A program made the translations under genes and the position numbers. Shown piece by piece: positions 39,877-52,085 of a stretch of 64,000 nt of DNA. Each line of letters begins with the position of its first letter. Within the stretch, counting starts at the first letter, position 1. A model generated the notes under the pieces. That model had not been told where the DNA came from, searched no databases, and was given only the letters and a program-made list of their open reading frames with translations. This DNA comes from Camelus dromedarius (Eukaryota): the NCBI RefSeq assembly GCF_036321535.1, contig NC_087436.1, forward strand, positions 100,442,001-100,506,000. The letters are read 5' to 3'.

Positions 39877-40055
39877 ATTTCAAAGAGCAGTCCACCAATC
39901 GCCTGCTCATAATCATGAACGTTGCTTGTTTAAAAATATATTTTTCTGGGCACTAGCTCAAACTAACTAAATCTAAAACTATGTAGGTTGAGAGGCGAAG
40001 TATTTTAAGAAGCAGCTGAGGTGAATTCAATGCCTTCTAAATAAAGTTCAAGAGG
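39877..40055. mobile_element. MER5A-like hAT-Charlie relic
   Basis: cttgtttaaaaatatatttttctgggc...aactaaatctaaaact...ttttaagaagcagctgaggtgaattc...aaagttcaagag layout. Confidence 0.5.
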
Positions 40056-41242
40056 TTTCTTTAAGGAAGAAGCTATTTTGCATGAGTCTTTGTATTGCCA
40101 ACACCTACTGCAGTGACTAGAACAAAAAGGTAAATCAATACATGTTTATTACATAAATAATGGAACTGGTTGATCTCTCTGGCTGCCATTTTCTCCTCAA
40201 CGTGGCTTTTATGCTACACAACATACTTCTTTTATTTTCTAACATTTTAGAGGTAACATCGATTCTCTTCTCCCTTTGCTCCCACAACCTGTGACACTTA
40301 GTTTTTATCCTACCTCTTAAGCGACTTCTTTTTATTTTTATTTTCCTTTTCTTCTTACAAGGTTACTATTATTCCCACTTTACGGAGACGTAATAAGAAT
40401 TCAAAAGGTTAAGTAAATTGTTTAAATATTAAATATTATGCTGCAAAACAAGGATGGTGACCCACTTTTTCCTCTTACTTTTTTTTTTCATTTTTGAACT
40501 CATCCTTAGTGCTTACCTAGCATCAAACCATTTTAGTCACTTAGAAAAAATGTGTAATATTAATGTGTGAATGAATGAATACCTGAATGAATATGCTATA
40601 GGAACTCTGAGTTGAGAGAACATTAGAGATTGTCTAATTTAATTTCTAAATAGTTAAAATCTTAAATTTAGTGTGTATGTGTGGCAGGGTTAGATGGAAT
40701 GTTAAAGGTGTCTGTGACTTAACTGAGTAATTGCAGAGAATTTTTAAAAATTTTGTCCATTAGTAGACTATCTACATGGGATTTAATAAACTCCAAAGAT
40801 GTTTCAAACTCATTTTAAGATGAGCTATGTTTCCTTGACTTGACCTAAGAAAATTCTTAGTGTTTTTCCCTCAGATTGGTCTCCCTGACTAGCCAAGGAG
40901 AGACGTGACTGTTGATGAAGTATAACAAGAAAGTCACATGGTGGCGAAAAACTTGCTCATGTGACAAAGTGAATCCTCTGAAGCCTTCTAGAATAATTGG
41001 GAGAAAAGCAATTTGTGGAACAATGATTTAGAGGTTTCTTAATTGTAAGTGAAGACAATATTCAGGGAAATGTGGATAATTGTCTTGGTAATTATTCCAT
41101 TTTTTTTCAGTATTAAAAAATAATGGGAATAAAACATTTACACATTTTCAAGCCACAAATTTAAACACCACCACAATATTCCTAGGTTTCCTTTGAGAGA
41201 TGCAAGCAGCTCAAATTCCAAATTTGAGTCTTTTGTTTGTAC

Positions 41243-41450
41243 ATTTATTCATTCATCATTTAATAAGCATTTTCTGAATACAAACAATGGGTCAAGCACT
41301 GTGCAAGATTTTCCAAGACAGAATTGAATAAATCATAATACTTATTATCATGTAACTCACAGTCTAGTGGATGATACAGAAATATAAACATATAATTATA
41401 CTGAGATAAGTTTTAAAAGAATATTATAAAATTAATTGCAATTACACAGA
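41243..41450 (-). mobile_element. L2 3' fragment
   Basis: atttattcattcatcatttaataagcattttctgaatac...caagcactgtgcaag...aactcacagtctagtgg. Confidence 0.7.
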
Positions 41451-42044
41451 AGGGGGAACAATAAATATGCTGTTTTATGAACAAATTACAAATATCTTCA
41501 CTACTATTTCTCATAGCCTCCTTTTTTCTCAGTGTTTCAGGCACCAACCCCTTTTCAAGATGATGCAGTTCAATAAAAGAGCATTCATTTCAACATTTGG
41601 GACTGTCTTAAACAAATTCACTTTAACAGACACAAACTGAACGTCTATTATGAGGAGTTACTAGCTGTTTCTATACACCAGTCGACCTATAGAGGTCACT
41701 AGGAGTTTGAATTGTTGTCTAGAGAGGTAGATTGCTGTCATTGAACTTAAATATGAGAATGATTTTCCTGTAAAAATTACTCCAATAACTTATAAAAAGA
41801 AAACAGGAATGGGCAGGTTTAACTCAAACTGAAGAATCTGGGGTGAAAGAAGTCATGTAATAGTAAAAACTGAAACTACCCGTAAAGACAGACTAAACAT
41901 TGACAAATACCTTAGTAGAGTGCTTTCTAGGTGAAGGGATTTGTCCTAGCATAGATAGAATAAAAGTGCAGGAGAGGCTTAATTGATCAGCTGTAGGTAA
42001 CCAAAGGAGCTGTACAGTGTAAGAAGGTTTAACACAAGCCGAGT

Positions 42045-42580
42045 GTGTGTAAAGAAGATTCCATACACAATGGAATATTGTTCAGGTAAGAGAAAGAAGG
42101 AAATCCTGCTACTTGTGACAACATAGATGGACCTTGGGGGCATTCTGCTAAGTGTGACAAGTCAGAGAAAGACAAATACTGTCTTATACATGGCATCTAA
42201 AAAAGCTGAATTCATAGAAGCAGAAGAGTGAGATCATGGTACCCAGGGTCTGGGGGAGTGGTGGGGCGGGTGGTCGGGGAATAGGGAAGATGTTAGAGAA
42301 GGGGTACAAATGTCCAGTTATGAATTTAGCTCTGAAGACCTAATGCACAGCATTGGATGATCTTCAATGATACTGTTACATATTTCAAAGCTGCTAAGAG
42401 ACTAGATCTTAACTGTTCTCACCATAACATGAAATGTTAATTTTGTGACTAGATGGAGATGTTAACTGATATTATGGTGGTAATAATATTGCCATATATA
42501 AATGTATCAAATCAACATGTTATACACCTTAAACTTATGCATTGTTGTATGTCAGTTATAATTTAATTTAGGAAAATAAA
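42045..42580 (+). mobile_element. L1MA/L1MB 3' end
   Basis: catacacaatggaatattgttcag...gaaggaaatcctgctacttgtgacaacatagatggacctt...aaatcaacatgttatacaccttaaacttat. Confidence 0.9.
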
Positions 42581-44334
42581 TAGAAAATAGAAAACTTTAG
42601 AAAATTTGGTTGAGCTTGGACTACAGAGCATTTTGAAGGAATTTACCTTTTGTTCAATTTGTAAATGGGAATCACTAAAGGTTTTAATAACATATGTAAA
42701 TTAATAGCTTAGAGAAGGAGAAAAGGTAAAGCATTAAGTGCAAAGGGCAAAAAAAAAAAAAAAAAAAAAAAAAAGGAGACATCTAATTCAAAGAACTAGA
42801 GCAGGGAAATAACCCACAAATGAAATAGAGTGCCCAAAGAAGTACGAAATAAACAGAACCAAAGAATTTATTGCAAGGTTCATCTATCCAAGATTATTCC
42901 TTAACTCATCTGTTAAAGTTATCATTGCCAGCAATGCTGACTAATAGCCTTAGAGCAATTAAATAGCTTGTGCTCCGCACTATATTTAAATTTTGGGATA
43001 TAGTCAAATTAATTCTACTGAGATTAAACATTCCAAACTGTTGGGCAATAAAATGGATTGGTATCTGTCATTTCATTTTCACTATGTTTTTAAAAAATAA
43101 ACAACATAAAGCAAACTTGGTAGGTCCGCATAAAAAGAACTCTGGAGTTCTGTCTTCTCAAAAAATAGGAAAATAGTACAAGATGACCTGACAGCATTTG
43201 GCTTATGTCTTTCTGTGTGTCAACAAGTGACTGTTGCCGTTAGACAGTGCAGTGCACTAAATCCGTACGACCCTCTATGGAATTTCTGACACACTACAGG
43301 ACTCATCATCGTTTATCATCAGGTTTGCTATTGTTATACTGAACGAAAGGAACTATTTCTCTGTAATCTTGCCTCTATCAAATGTGCAAACACTAAATAT
43401 AGACCAAGGAAGAATACAGGTCTCTAGATAATTGGTACAAAGTCAATTTCAGTAATTAGAACAGTGCCTGGCATAAAGTAGGCTCTAAATAAATATGTAT
43501 TCAGTGAGTGAATACATTTTTACTGTCTTTCAACTTTTCATTAGCCACCTAGGCCACAGTAGGCATTTGAATGTCTGAATCAGTGTCAGGGATGCACTGT
43601 ATAGGTTCTTGGTAACTCAGTTTATTTATGACCAATAGGAAGGAAGCAACTCATAGTCTCATGGGTCATTGCAAGAACAATGGAATTCAAGCATTCCAAA
43701 AACACAATGACTTTTTTCTGCCTTTCATATTCATGCTAATGGTTCTTTTCTTTTTTTTTTTTTTGCTCAAGTTACAAACAATTTACACCAATACAGTGAT
43801 TATTGACCCAATGTTGCCAGTCAACAGTAGTAAACATTTACTTTAAAATAATTGCAATGTAAAAAATAAAAAGCTGTATTGAAAATAGATACTATCATTT
43901 ATAGGCTTGTGAGAAAGATCCTGGCAGAAAATCATCCTATACTACATGTGAACAATTTAATGGAAGCAAGAAAAATGTGCCTATGGTAGCTCAGCCATCA
44001 GTTTGATCAATTTCTCTTCTTCTCCACCTTCCTGTTTCTAATAAAAACATGTTGACTTTTCAACAATGTTTTGTTCATTATTTCATTTCCTTTTTCTCTG
44101 TGTGGGTCTGCTGTAAGAGCAGAAAGAAACTTTCTGCCAAGATATAATCCTCTTGATTATTTTATTATTCATATGCAGAAACTTTGATTTCAGTCCTTCA
44201 CAAAACGAGTGAATGTTTATGGAAATGCTATCAGTATTTTGATATGGAAATGGGATAGAACAGTGCTAGAAACTGGAAACAAAGGAGAGGGAATTACAAT
44301 CAGTGTACCAGTGCAAAAAAATAGTGTGTGTTGA

Positions 44335-44882
44335 TGAGAGACTGAAGATACAAATGGACCATAGCCAGACCATATATAAAAATGGATCTTGGACCCACAA
44401 CCTGCAGCAGTCTGCCCAGGAAACCAACACTTCATCTGTAATAAATGACCCAGGAGGTAAGCCTGCTATAAATCAGATTTGCAGGAAGCAAGATTGCTCT
44501 CTCTAGTGATCATCCAGGAAGTTAAACAACAATTTGTAACAAGTGGCCAAAAATGGCCAGTACTTGATTAATAACTGGCAACGTCCTTAATTTTTGCCCC
44601 ACTTTCAACTTACAACCAACCAGAGAAAACAAAATATGCTCCCCAGACAATCATAGAAGATGCCCTGCTTCTAGTTAGTCTACCTACAGCTTTCCCTACC
44701 AAGTCTCTGATCAGGACATACCTGAGGGTTTCCCTCCTTTTCACTACAAAGCTTCCCTGCTCCTCTACCTGCATTTGAGTCTCTGCCAAAATACAGAGGA
44801 TGGTGCTGACCTCTTGCTTTAGCAAACTCAGACCAGATTGCCTTTGCTTTTCTTACTTGGTCTGTCTTTGTTTTTTCCTGCA
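44335..44882 (+). mobile_element. ERV1 solo LTR, MER31/MER67-like
   Basis: TG...CA termini; gacccacaacctgcagca, accaaccagagaaaacaaaatatgctcccc, tttgagtctctgccaaaa motifs. Confidence 0.8.
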
Positions 44883-45480
44883 GTGAAGATGTTTAAGAAG
44901 GTGCCTAATTCAATGAGCAATGGGCAAGGAAAGGCGAGAAGGACATTATGATTGATGTAATATATAGGTGAGAATGCCCTTCTTCATTTTTTATCTCTCA
45001 CGATCAATTTTAGATACATTATTATGAGGCTGATGTCAGCACAGCTTGTTTTTTTCTTTCTTTTTTTTTTTTTTTTTTTTGGTTTATTGAGTTTTTACTT
45101 CTCTAGCTGCAGATGAAAAATGGAAGTAAACCATTCATCTCTCTTCCTGTTTCTTTCACTTACTATCAAAATTCCTGTTCTCCCAGATCCTTTATTTTGC
45201 CTCTCTTCCCCACTTGTCACCGTACATCTTCTTCTATCCATCATCATTTTCATATTTTCTCCAAAAACTATTATTCAGAAGCCCATACAAATACTACCAT
45301 ATCAGGGAAAATCTGGCACACCAGGATTTAACAACAGCAATGCCCCGAAACAGATCACGGAGGGAAAATAATAGGGAATTTCTACTGGTTTATTATTCTG
45401 TTCGCAAACCAAAGACTTGTAATAATACTGTGGTTAATAATTATATAGGACTCATGATAAGTGAGGCAGCCCTTAAAGTA

Positions 45481-46036
45481 TGTGTTAATTACCTATTGCT
45501 GAGTAACAAATTACCCACAACAATTAGTGGTTGAAAACAATCAACTTTCGTTCACTCAAAATCCCCGTGGGTCAGGAATATGGGAGAGGCTTAGCTGTCA
45601 GGTTTTGACTTAGAGTCTTTCATGAGGTGGCAGGCAAATGAAAGACTAAGGTTGCAGTCATGGGAAGATCTGACTGGAGCAAGAGGGTCTGTTTCTAAGG
45701 GGGCTCATTCTTTTGGCCATTGTTAGGGAGCCTCAGTTTCTCATTGGTTGATGGCAAGATGCCTCGGTTCCTCAACACATGGACCTCTCCAAAGGACAGC
45801 TTGAATCCTCTCCAAAGAGATCTGGCTTCCTTCATAATCGGTGATCCAAGAGAAAGAACCCATAGGAAGCCAAAGTGCCTTTGGTGATCTCATCTCTGAA
45901 GTCACACCTGTCACTTTTCACTTTATTCTATTCGTTACAAGTGAGTTACTAAAGTCTAGCCCACACTCAAGTTAAAGGGACTCGTGCTCCATTTTTTGCA
46001 GGGCATGTCAAAGATGTGGATGTATTCCACTTCACA
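45481..46036 (-). mobile_element. MaLR solo LTR, MLT1H-like
   Basis: tgtgttaattacctattgctgagtaacaaattaccc...gtgggtcaggaat...gaagtcacac...ctagcccacactcaag. Confidence 0.85.
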
Positions 46037-46039
46037 CCA

Positions 46040-46240
46040 AGGCATTTTATATAATTATTAATTCAGTCTCTCCTGAAACTCCATGAACAGGAATTTGCTG
46101 TCCCCATTTCACAGATAAAGAGGTGAGCTCAAAGGTACGAAATGATTTGTTCTCACAGCCAGCGCACTACAGAGCAAAGATTTGGATTTAGACGATTTGG
46201 TTAGTGAGTCTCTGCCTTTAATTTCTGTGCTAAACTGTCT
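46040..46240 (-). mobile_element. MIR SINE
   Basis: tccccatttcacagataaagaggtgagctcaaagg core. Confidence 0.7.
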
Positions 46241-49200
46241 TTCTGGCTACAATCTACACACCTCATTTGTCTGCAGATTATTTTTCAGTTCTGAGAATGT
46301 CTTCTGCTAGATACACATCACCCGAGATTCCCACACTTCCTCTCCTCCAGTTCTGTCTCGCACCTGCTGGAGCAGCACCTTTCCTTAGAAAGTTGACAGG
46401 GAGGGTTCCCCAATCGCCTCGCAGAGCTCTGATCTCCTTCTTACCTAGGAAGTCACCTTGCCCAGCAACGTGATCATCTTTTCTCCTCTGATAGTGTCTC
46501 GGTCTATAGCCATCAAAGGAAAAAATAAGCTCACTTCTCTGAGAGGCATGGCTGGATTATTTCATTTACAGGTTCAAGACTTTGAAGAGATGATTGGCTA
46601 AAGAACATGATGGGAGCGGCACTGGTAATTCAAAATAAAAATGACATTTAATTGCAAAATATGGTAATGCAAAGAAATGTTTAGTGATTTTTTTTTTCCG
46701 TTTTGACTCTATCCAGGCTTCTTTTTGAAATATTCAATAACAAATACTTTCATTTTATTTTCATGTCTCTGTTTTGGGAGTACCCCAAACCTATATTTGA
46801 TCTGTTAAATATTCCTAGGATTGAAAAGAGATTTATGCCTCAAAGAGACACAGGCCTAGAACTCTGTCATCCCAATTCTTAGCATGCACACCAGCAACGT
46901 GTATTATATAGCGGCATCGTGAATTAATTAGGCACTGATAATATTTACCCAATGGGAGAAAATCATTTTATAATCTAAAGAGCTGATCCAAAACAATTGA
47001 GAACAAGATGGATATTAATAGTCTTCCAATGTAGAAATCCTCCTATAATTAGGAAAAGTATTTCAAACTGTGCAGAGATCCAACATTTTAACACTGTTAG
47101 ATTCAGCAAGAATAATTCTTTTCTTTCTTACTGAAGTACTTTGACATAATATGTTTAAGAATTTCAAAAAAATTATTAAAGAAGCTAATCTAACCTAGCA
47201 AATCAGTGTTAGGAATCAGTCCTATAGATTTATGTAAATGTTAGAATCAAATAAAAATCAGATAGAGAAGCTATTTAAATGGTACTGTCTTCAATATATT
47301 TTCTATCCCCATGTATTAAAGCATGCACACATCCTTCAAAAATAACTTGCACTAAGACAAATGCATAATTTAAATGTTTATCTTCTTAGTTGCTAGTCAT
47401 TTTTAACCATTTGTCAGTGTCTGTATGATGTCTAACAAGATTTCTCTTCCATTTAGTGATTTTGATTAAATCTTCTTGGTCTTTAAGAACGTCAGACAGA
47501 CTGATGGATCAGTCACCATCACATTCTCATAAGTTTGACCAACTTGTCCTATGTTAATTGCCTTTGTGCCTCCTTTCTAGTGCATGAAATAAGTTGAACA
47601 GCGTGGATGATCTCTGTTAGGCCACACCCCCTTGAGGCCACTCATGCTGACGTTAATACAAATGACCCAGGGCCAAGCAAAAACAGCCCATACCAGGGGC
47701 TAGGTGCAACCACATGGGATTTTCTTTATTCTTCACATATACATTCATGTGTAACATGGGAAGAAAACCACTTTTTAACCTAATATTAAATGAAGAATCC
47801 ATTGTCTCTGTCTTCTAGAAAACCTAAGCATGACAAGCCTCCCCTGTTTAAGTGTATGCAGTCCATCCCACCAGAGAAGGTACAGCCTGGGGTTAAACGT
47901 GGTGGGATTATTCATTTGAACACCTGAACTCCATAACCTCCCATTGTCCTAGGATTTTCCTACTAAAGATGACCTGACTTTGACTGAACTAAAGAAAGGC
48001 TGGAGGGAGTGGGGAGAGGGTGGGGAAGTTTGCAAGTGTACCATGTGGATCAACTCTCCCTCCATCTTAACTCTTTCAAAATAGCAGAAAATATTTTTTC
48101 TTTCAGAAAATATATCAAGAGCCAGAAAATAAGAACTCTTACCATCTGTGCATCAACATTTTTTGAGAAATTCCTAGAGGATAAAAAGCAGATGGGATCA
48201 GATAGATGGAGGAGAAAATCCGTGAAGCATTTGCAGGAGACCAGCAGGGTAGGTCTGCTGGGACAAAGTGGGTGGTCAGAGGGAGGCCTGGGTCAGCTGA
48301 CAGAGTGATGTATGGACTACCTGCCTGAGGTTCTTCTGGGTTTCTAGCCGCAGGCTCTCCCCTCTTTGCAGAATTAGATGATTCGCTGTCTGCACCACGT
48401 CTGCCTCCCTGACAATCAAGTGGATGCAGGTACTGGGGTTCAAGAGGCACCAGGAGGTCCCAGATGGCCAGCATTCCCAGGGAAAATGGAAGCATCATAC
48501 AGGAAAATAAACTATAGCATCCCAAAGAGTAGACCTTTGCATTCTTAGAATACTAGGGGCAAGCCTTCTTGGCAGGTTTTACTATGTATACTATTTCAAT
48601 GTTTAGATAGTTATAAGACCACTAAGTCTTTTGCATTTCTGTTTAGCAAAGAAAGTCTCAACCCAAGAAGGGTAAGAGCGAAGCAGAAAACGAAATGCAC
48701 CCTGACTTTAGAACCACAGACTGTGCTCTTAATTATTTGTCTCAGTCAACTGAAAGATCAGACTTCAGCTGAGTCTGCTGTCCTGTCATGCCAGGTGCAT
48801 CTCAGACAGGGGGAGCCTGGATTCCTGACACAACCCTTCTGTCAGCCTATGATGCGCATGAGTGTCAAGTACATACTTTCTGTTCGGTTGTAAGCTCAGA
48901 AATACCATGTCCTTTGAATTAGGAAGGCATGTGGATCTACAAATTTATTTACTTAATTTTCTTAAATTTTAAGGCAGACTCAATGCTTTACATTGTTTAC
49001 TTTAACCATTGCAAACACATTGTTGGTATTTCATTAACTTTGTTTTTTTTTTTTGTTTGTTTGTTTTTTTGCAGGTAGATAATAGGAAAAAGAAAGTGGG
49101 ATTATTTCTTACTAATTTTAGGTCATAAAATTTGTTCATCTTCCATTAGAAATAAAGGGTCTGAAAGGAACTAGGCAAAGACATGTTTAGGATCTTTCTA

Positions 49201-50599
49201 TTTCTGAATCCGTACATGTTTTTTCCACCTGACATTGTTACAGGTATCACTCAGCTCCCTCGCTAACTTGTAAAATCCAGGATCATGAATTCAGCTTCCA
49301 CTACATGCACAGCATCACACTATGATAAGGTCAATCTTCACCTAATGCAGATAAAACCCCAAGTATGTAAGGGACTCCCGTGGTGTTGCACCAGCTCTAA
49401 CGGCGTATATGTGGGTGAGTGAAATGGGAGAGGTGCTCTGGGAATTCAGCCGGGGGCCATGAATTTAGTTGGAATACCCTTCCAACTGAAAATATTTTGT
49501 CTAATAAGCTTCCCATTCACTAGCAAAGCGGGGCTGGTGACAAGGTAGAGAAAACAAAAACAGCAACGCATGATTAATAAGGAATCATCACTTTACCGAG
49601 TTACATTTCCTTGGTGAGATTAAAGCCCGTACTGTGAATTTATGTTAAAGACATCACTGAGAGTATTTCAGCCAGAAAGCTTTAACTTTGGGATCAGGTT
49701 TGAAGGAGTATCACGTGCAAGGTGACATGATAACCAACTCCACATAGGCCCGGTTTGGAAACTCAGTAGAACTATAAAGAGAAGCAGAGCTGGTGAGGCG
49801 GTATTATAAAATCCCCCCCATGTATCCATCTTCCGGACTCCTTGCTTCACGCACTCTCCAGCCTTCCTCATCTCCTGTTATAAAGATTAAGCTCATACCT
49901 CCCACCTCCTCATTTTCTCCCTTCTTGTTGTTTTCTGACCATGCAAAGAACCCTGTTGTCAGTCTGATCTATTTGAACAGACATGGCTACAAAATTAAAT
50001 CCATTCCATTTCCCTCCCTTCATTAACTCCTATTTCTTCAGCACAGCTGGATCTCACGCAGTCCTTTAAGGAAAGAAACACAAACAAATGAACTGGCTTC
50101 AAAGTTTCTACAAAGAAAAAACAGCTTTTACAATGACACTCTTTCCAAAGGGCATTTTTGTTTGTTTGTTTTCAATGTCCTAAGAAGTGTAGAATAAGGT
50201 CCCTGCCACTGAGGGTTAGCATCTTAATTTCATATAGGACATTTGTTTGTATGCATCTCTAAGTTGTGGGATCATGGAAACATTAGCAGACAAAGCTGAC
50301 AGTTTCAGAGAAGGATACCTTTCAGACATTAGCAAAATCACACCTCAGAACAAGTAATAGTGGCCTGGGATGGGTGAGGGCAAAGAACAGAACCCACATT
50401 CTCCTGGAAGACAGGAAATCACTTTCATTTATTTATTCATACCCAGAAAGATGGTTTCTTGCAAGGAATTTTGAGCCTTATTATATACATTTATTTTGAC
50501 ATATTTATAAATCACTTTATATTAAAACTTTAAATGCTAGTCACTAAGAAGGAAACAGAGGTAACTATGACTGAAATACAAAAGGAAACAATTGAGTGA

Positions 50600-50860
50600 A
50601 AAGGGTCGACAGTTCCAGAAACCACCTCTTCGGGCTTTCCAGCACTGTCTGATGGGGCATCTAACACCTGGAGGCAGTGGGTTCGGAACCCCAGTTCCCT
50701 TTGTCCTCCTGGCTGGTTGACCCAGCTGACCCGGCTGAGTGCAGACTGGTGTCTTGTGCCCTGAGGGTGCCCGGCGCGCTCTCCGCCCCAGAGCTGCCTT
50801 CTGCGTGCCAGCCGGGCTCTCTTCCAGGCGCCCGCCGACTCACTGGCACATGGCGGCTCC
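50600..50860. promoter_or_regulatory. Small CpG-rich patch with YY1-like motif
   Basis: About 14 CpGs in ~250 bp in an otherwise CpG-depleted window; ACATGGCGGC at 50848-50857. Confidence 0.5.
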
Positions 50861-51974
50861 AAGTTTTTCTACATGTTCTCCTATCAAACATTTTGGAAAT
50901 AAAATTAACAAGAGTGGTTTGTAGGGAGTGAGATTGGAAAGAAGGATGTATTGGCCTCCGAGTCCTAAAAGTAAGAATTAAATTGAATTCTGCTCAACAA
51001 ACTCTCCTCAGCTTCTCTAGTGTGTAGTGAAACATTTCACAGAACAACGCCAACCACTTAAAATTTGACATGAGAGAGGGAATGAGAGAGAAATAGAGGG
51101 GGAGACTGTTATTGACGGTCGTTAAAATATAACGTTTGTCCCCATGTTTAATAACACCAAAGAATTCAAAGTTATTCCAGAAGAAATGTTAATTTTTGAT
51201 GAATGAAATGACCTATTTGAATAGACTCACCTGAAATCCTTTTAGGTCTCCAAGAGCGTTTACTCCTGGGGTAACTAGTTGAGGGAAGTTGCCTGCATTC
51301 TTGCAACCTACTTCTACATGAAGGGAAGAAGGAGATGGCAAATTAAGGGAGGCTACTGCATAGTAAATGTTGGTACACGTTCATCCAAACCGTTTTGGGA
51401 AATAATTTGCAAGACTCAAATTGCAACAGCTCAAATATATCTGGTCACAATTATGTAAAAGCCATCTGTACTTTCAGTTACTCTACCTAATTATATTTTG
51501 TTAGACTTACTGTTGACCTAGATGCTGGTATCCTGTCATGAGTAACTTACATTTTTATAAATATTTTCCTGTATCCAGAGAAATTACTACCTTTACCAAA
51601 ACTTATGAGAGAGATATAAGAGCAGAGAGAGAAAAACTGCCTTCTCCACCTCTGGTTTTGGAGACCCAAAGATAGCAGGCCTCAGCTTGTGTGAATCATC
51701 ATGATTTCAAGACATTGCCTGCAGTCTCCTGTCATTTCTTTCTGCCTAATTTTAATACCAATTGTTTACCTATTTTGAAAATGAAGCAACGAGTAGAATG
51801 CTAATCCTGAACTCCTCCTTTTTTCTTCTGTAATAGATTTGGCATTTTTGAGAAAATCTACTTTTATTTCAGTGAGTGAAAAGGTCTTTACAGGCATTTC
51901 ATTAAATCACAAAATAACCTGTGACGAAACGACAGGTTATGATTATTATCTCCAGTTTCCAGATGGGAAACTGT

Positions 51975-52085
51975 ACATGTGTTGGGGCAGGGATCATGTG
52001 GGAAATCTTTGCACCTTCCTCTCAATTTTGCTCTGAACATAAAACTGCTCTAAAAATATAATCTTAGTAAAATGTTTTAAAAAAA
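51975..52085 (+). mobile_element. L1MB/MC extreme 3' tip next to an antisense MIR fragment
   Basis: gtgggaaatctttgcaccttcctctcaattttgctctgaacataaaactgctctaaaaat. Confidence 0.75.

Noticed and set aside
42750..42774. Long pure poly(A) run (also 22671-22689 and T runs near 13620 and 45061)
   Set aside because: No attached processed-pseudogene body or clear TSD; treated as mononucleotide microsatellites
46535..46597. Additional 63-nt minus-strand exon candidate
   Set aside because: Would leave only a ~30-nt intron to segment E, too short for the spliceosome; weak donor
48009..48525. ORFs of 99 aa (+) and 128 aa (-)
   Set aside because: No recognisable domain and non-ATG starts; only the 31-nt exon-like piece inside is retained as a hypothesis
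50530..50931. Four overlapping ORFs of 61-110 aa on both strands
   Set aside because: Expected from local GC richness (few stop codons); no recognisable homology and several start at non-ATG codons
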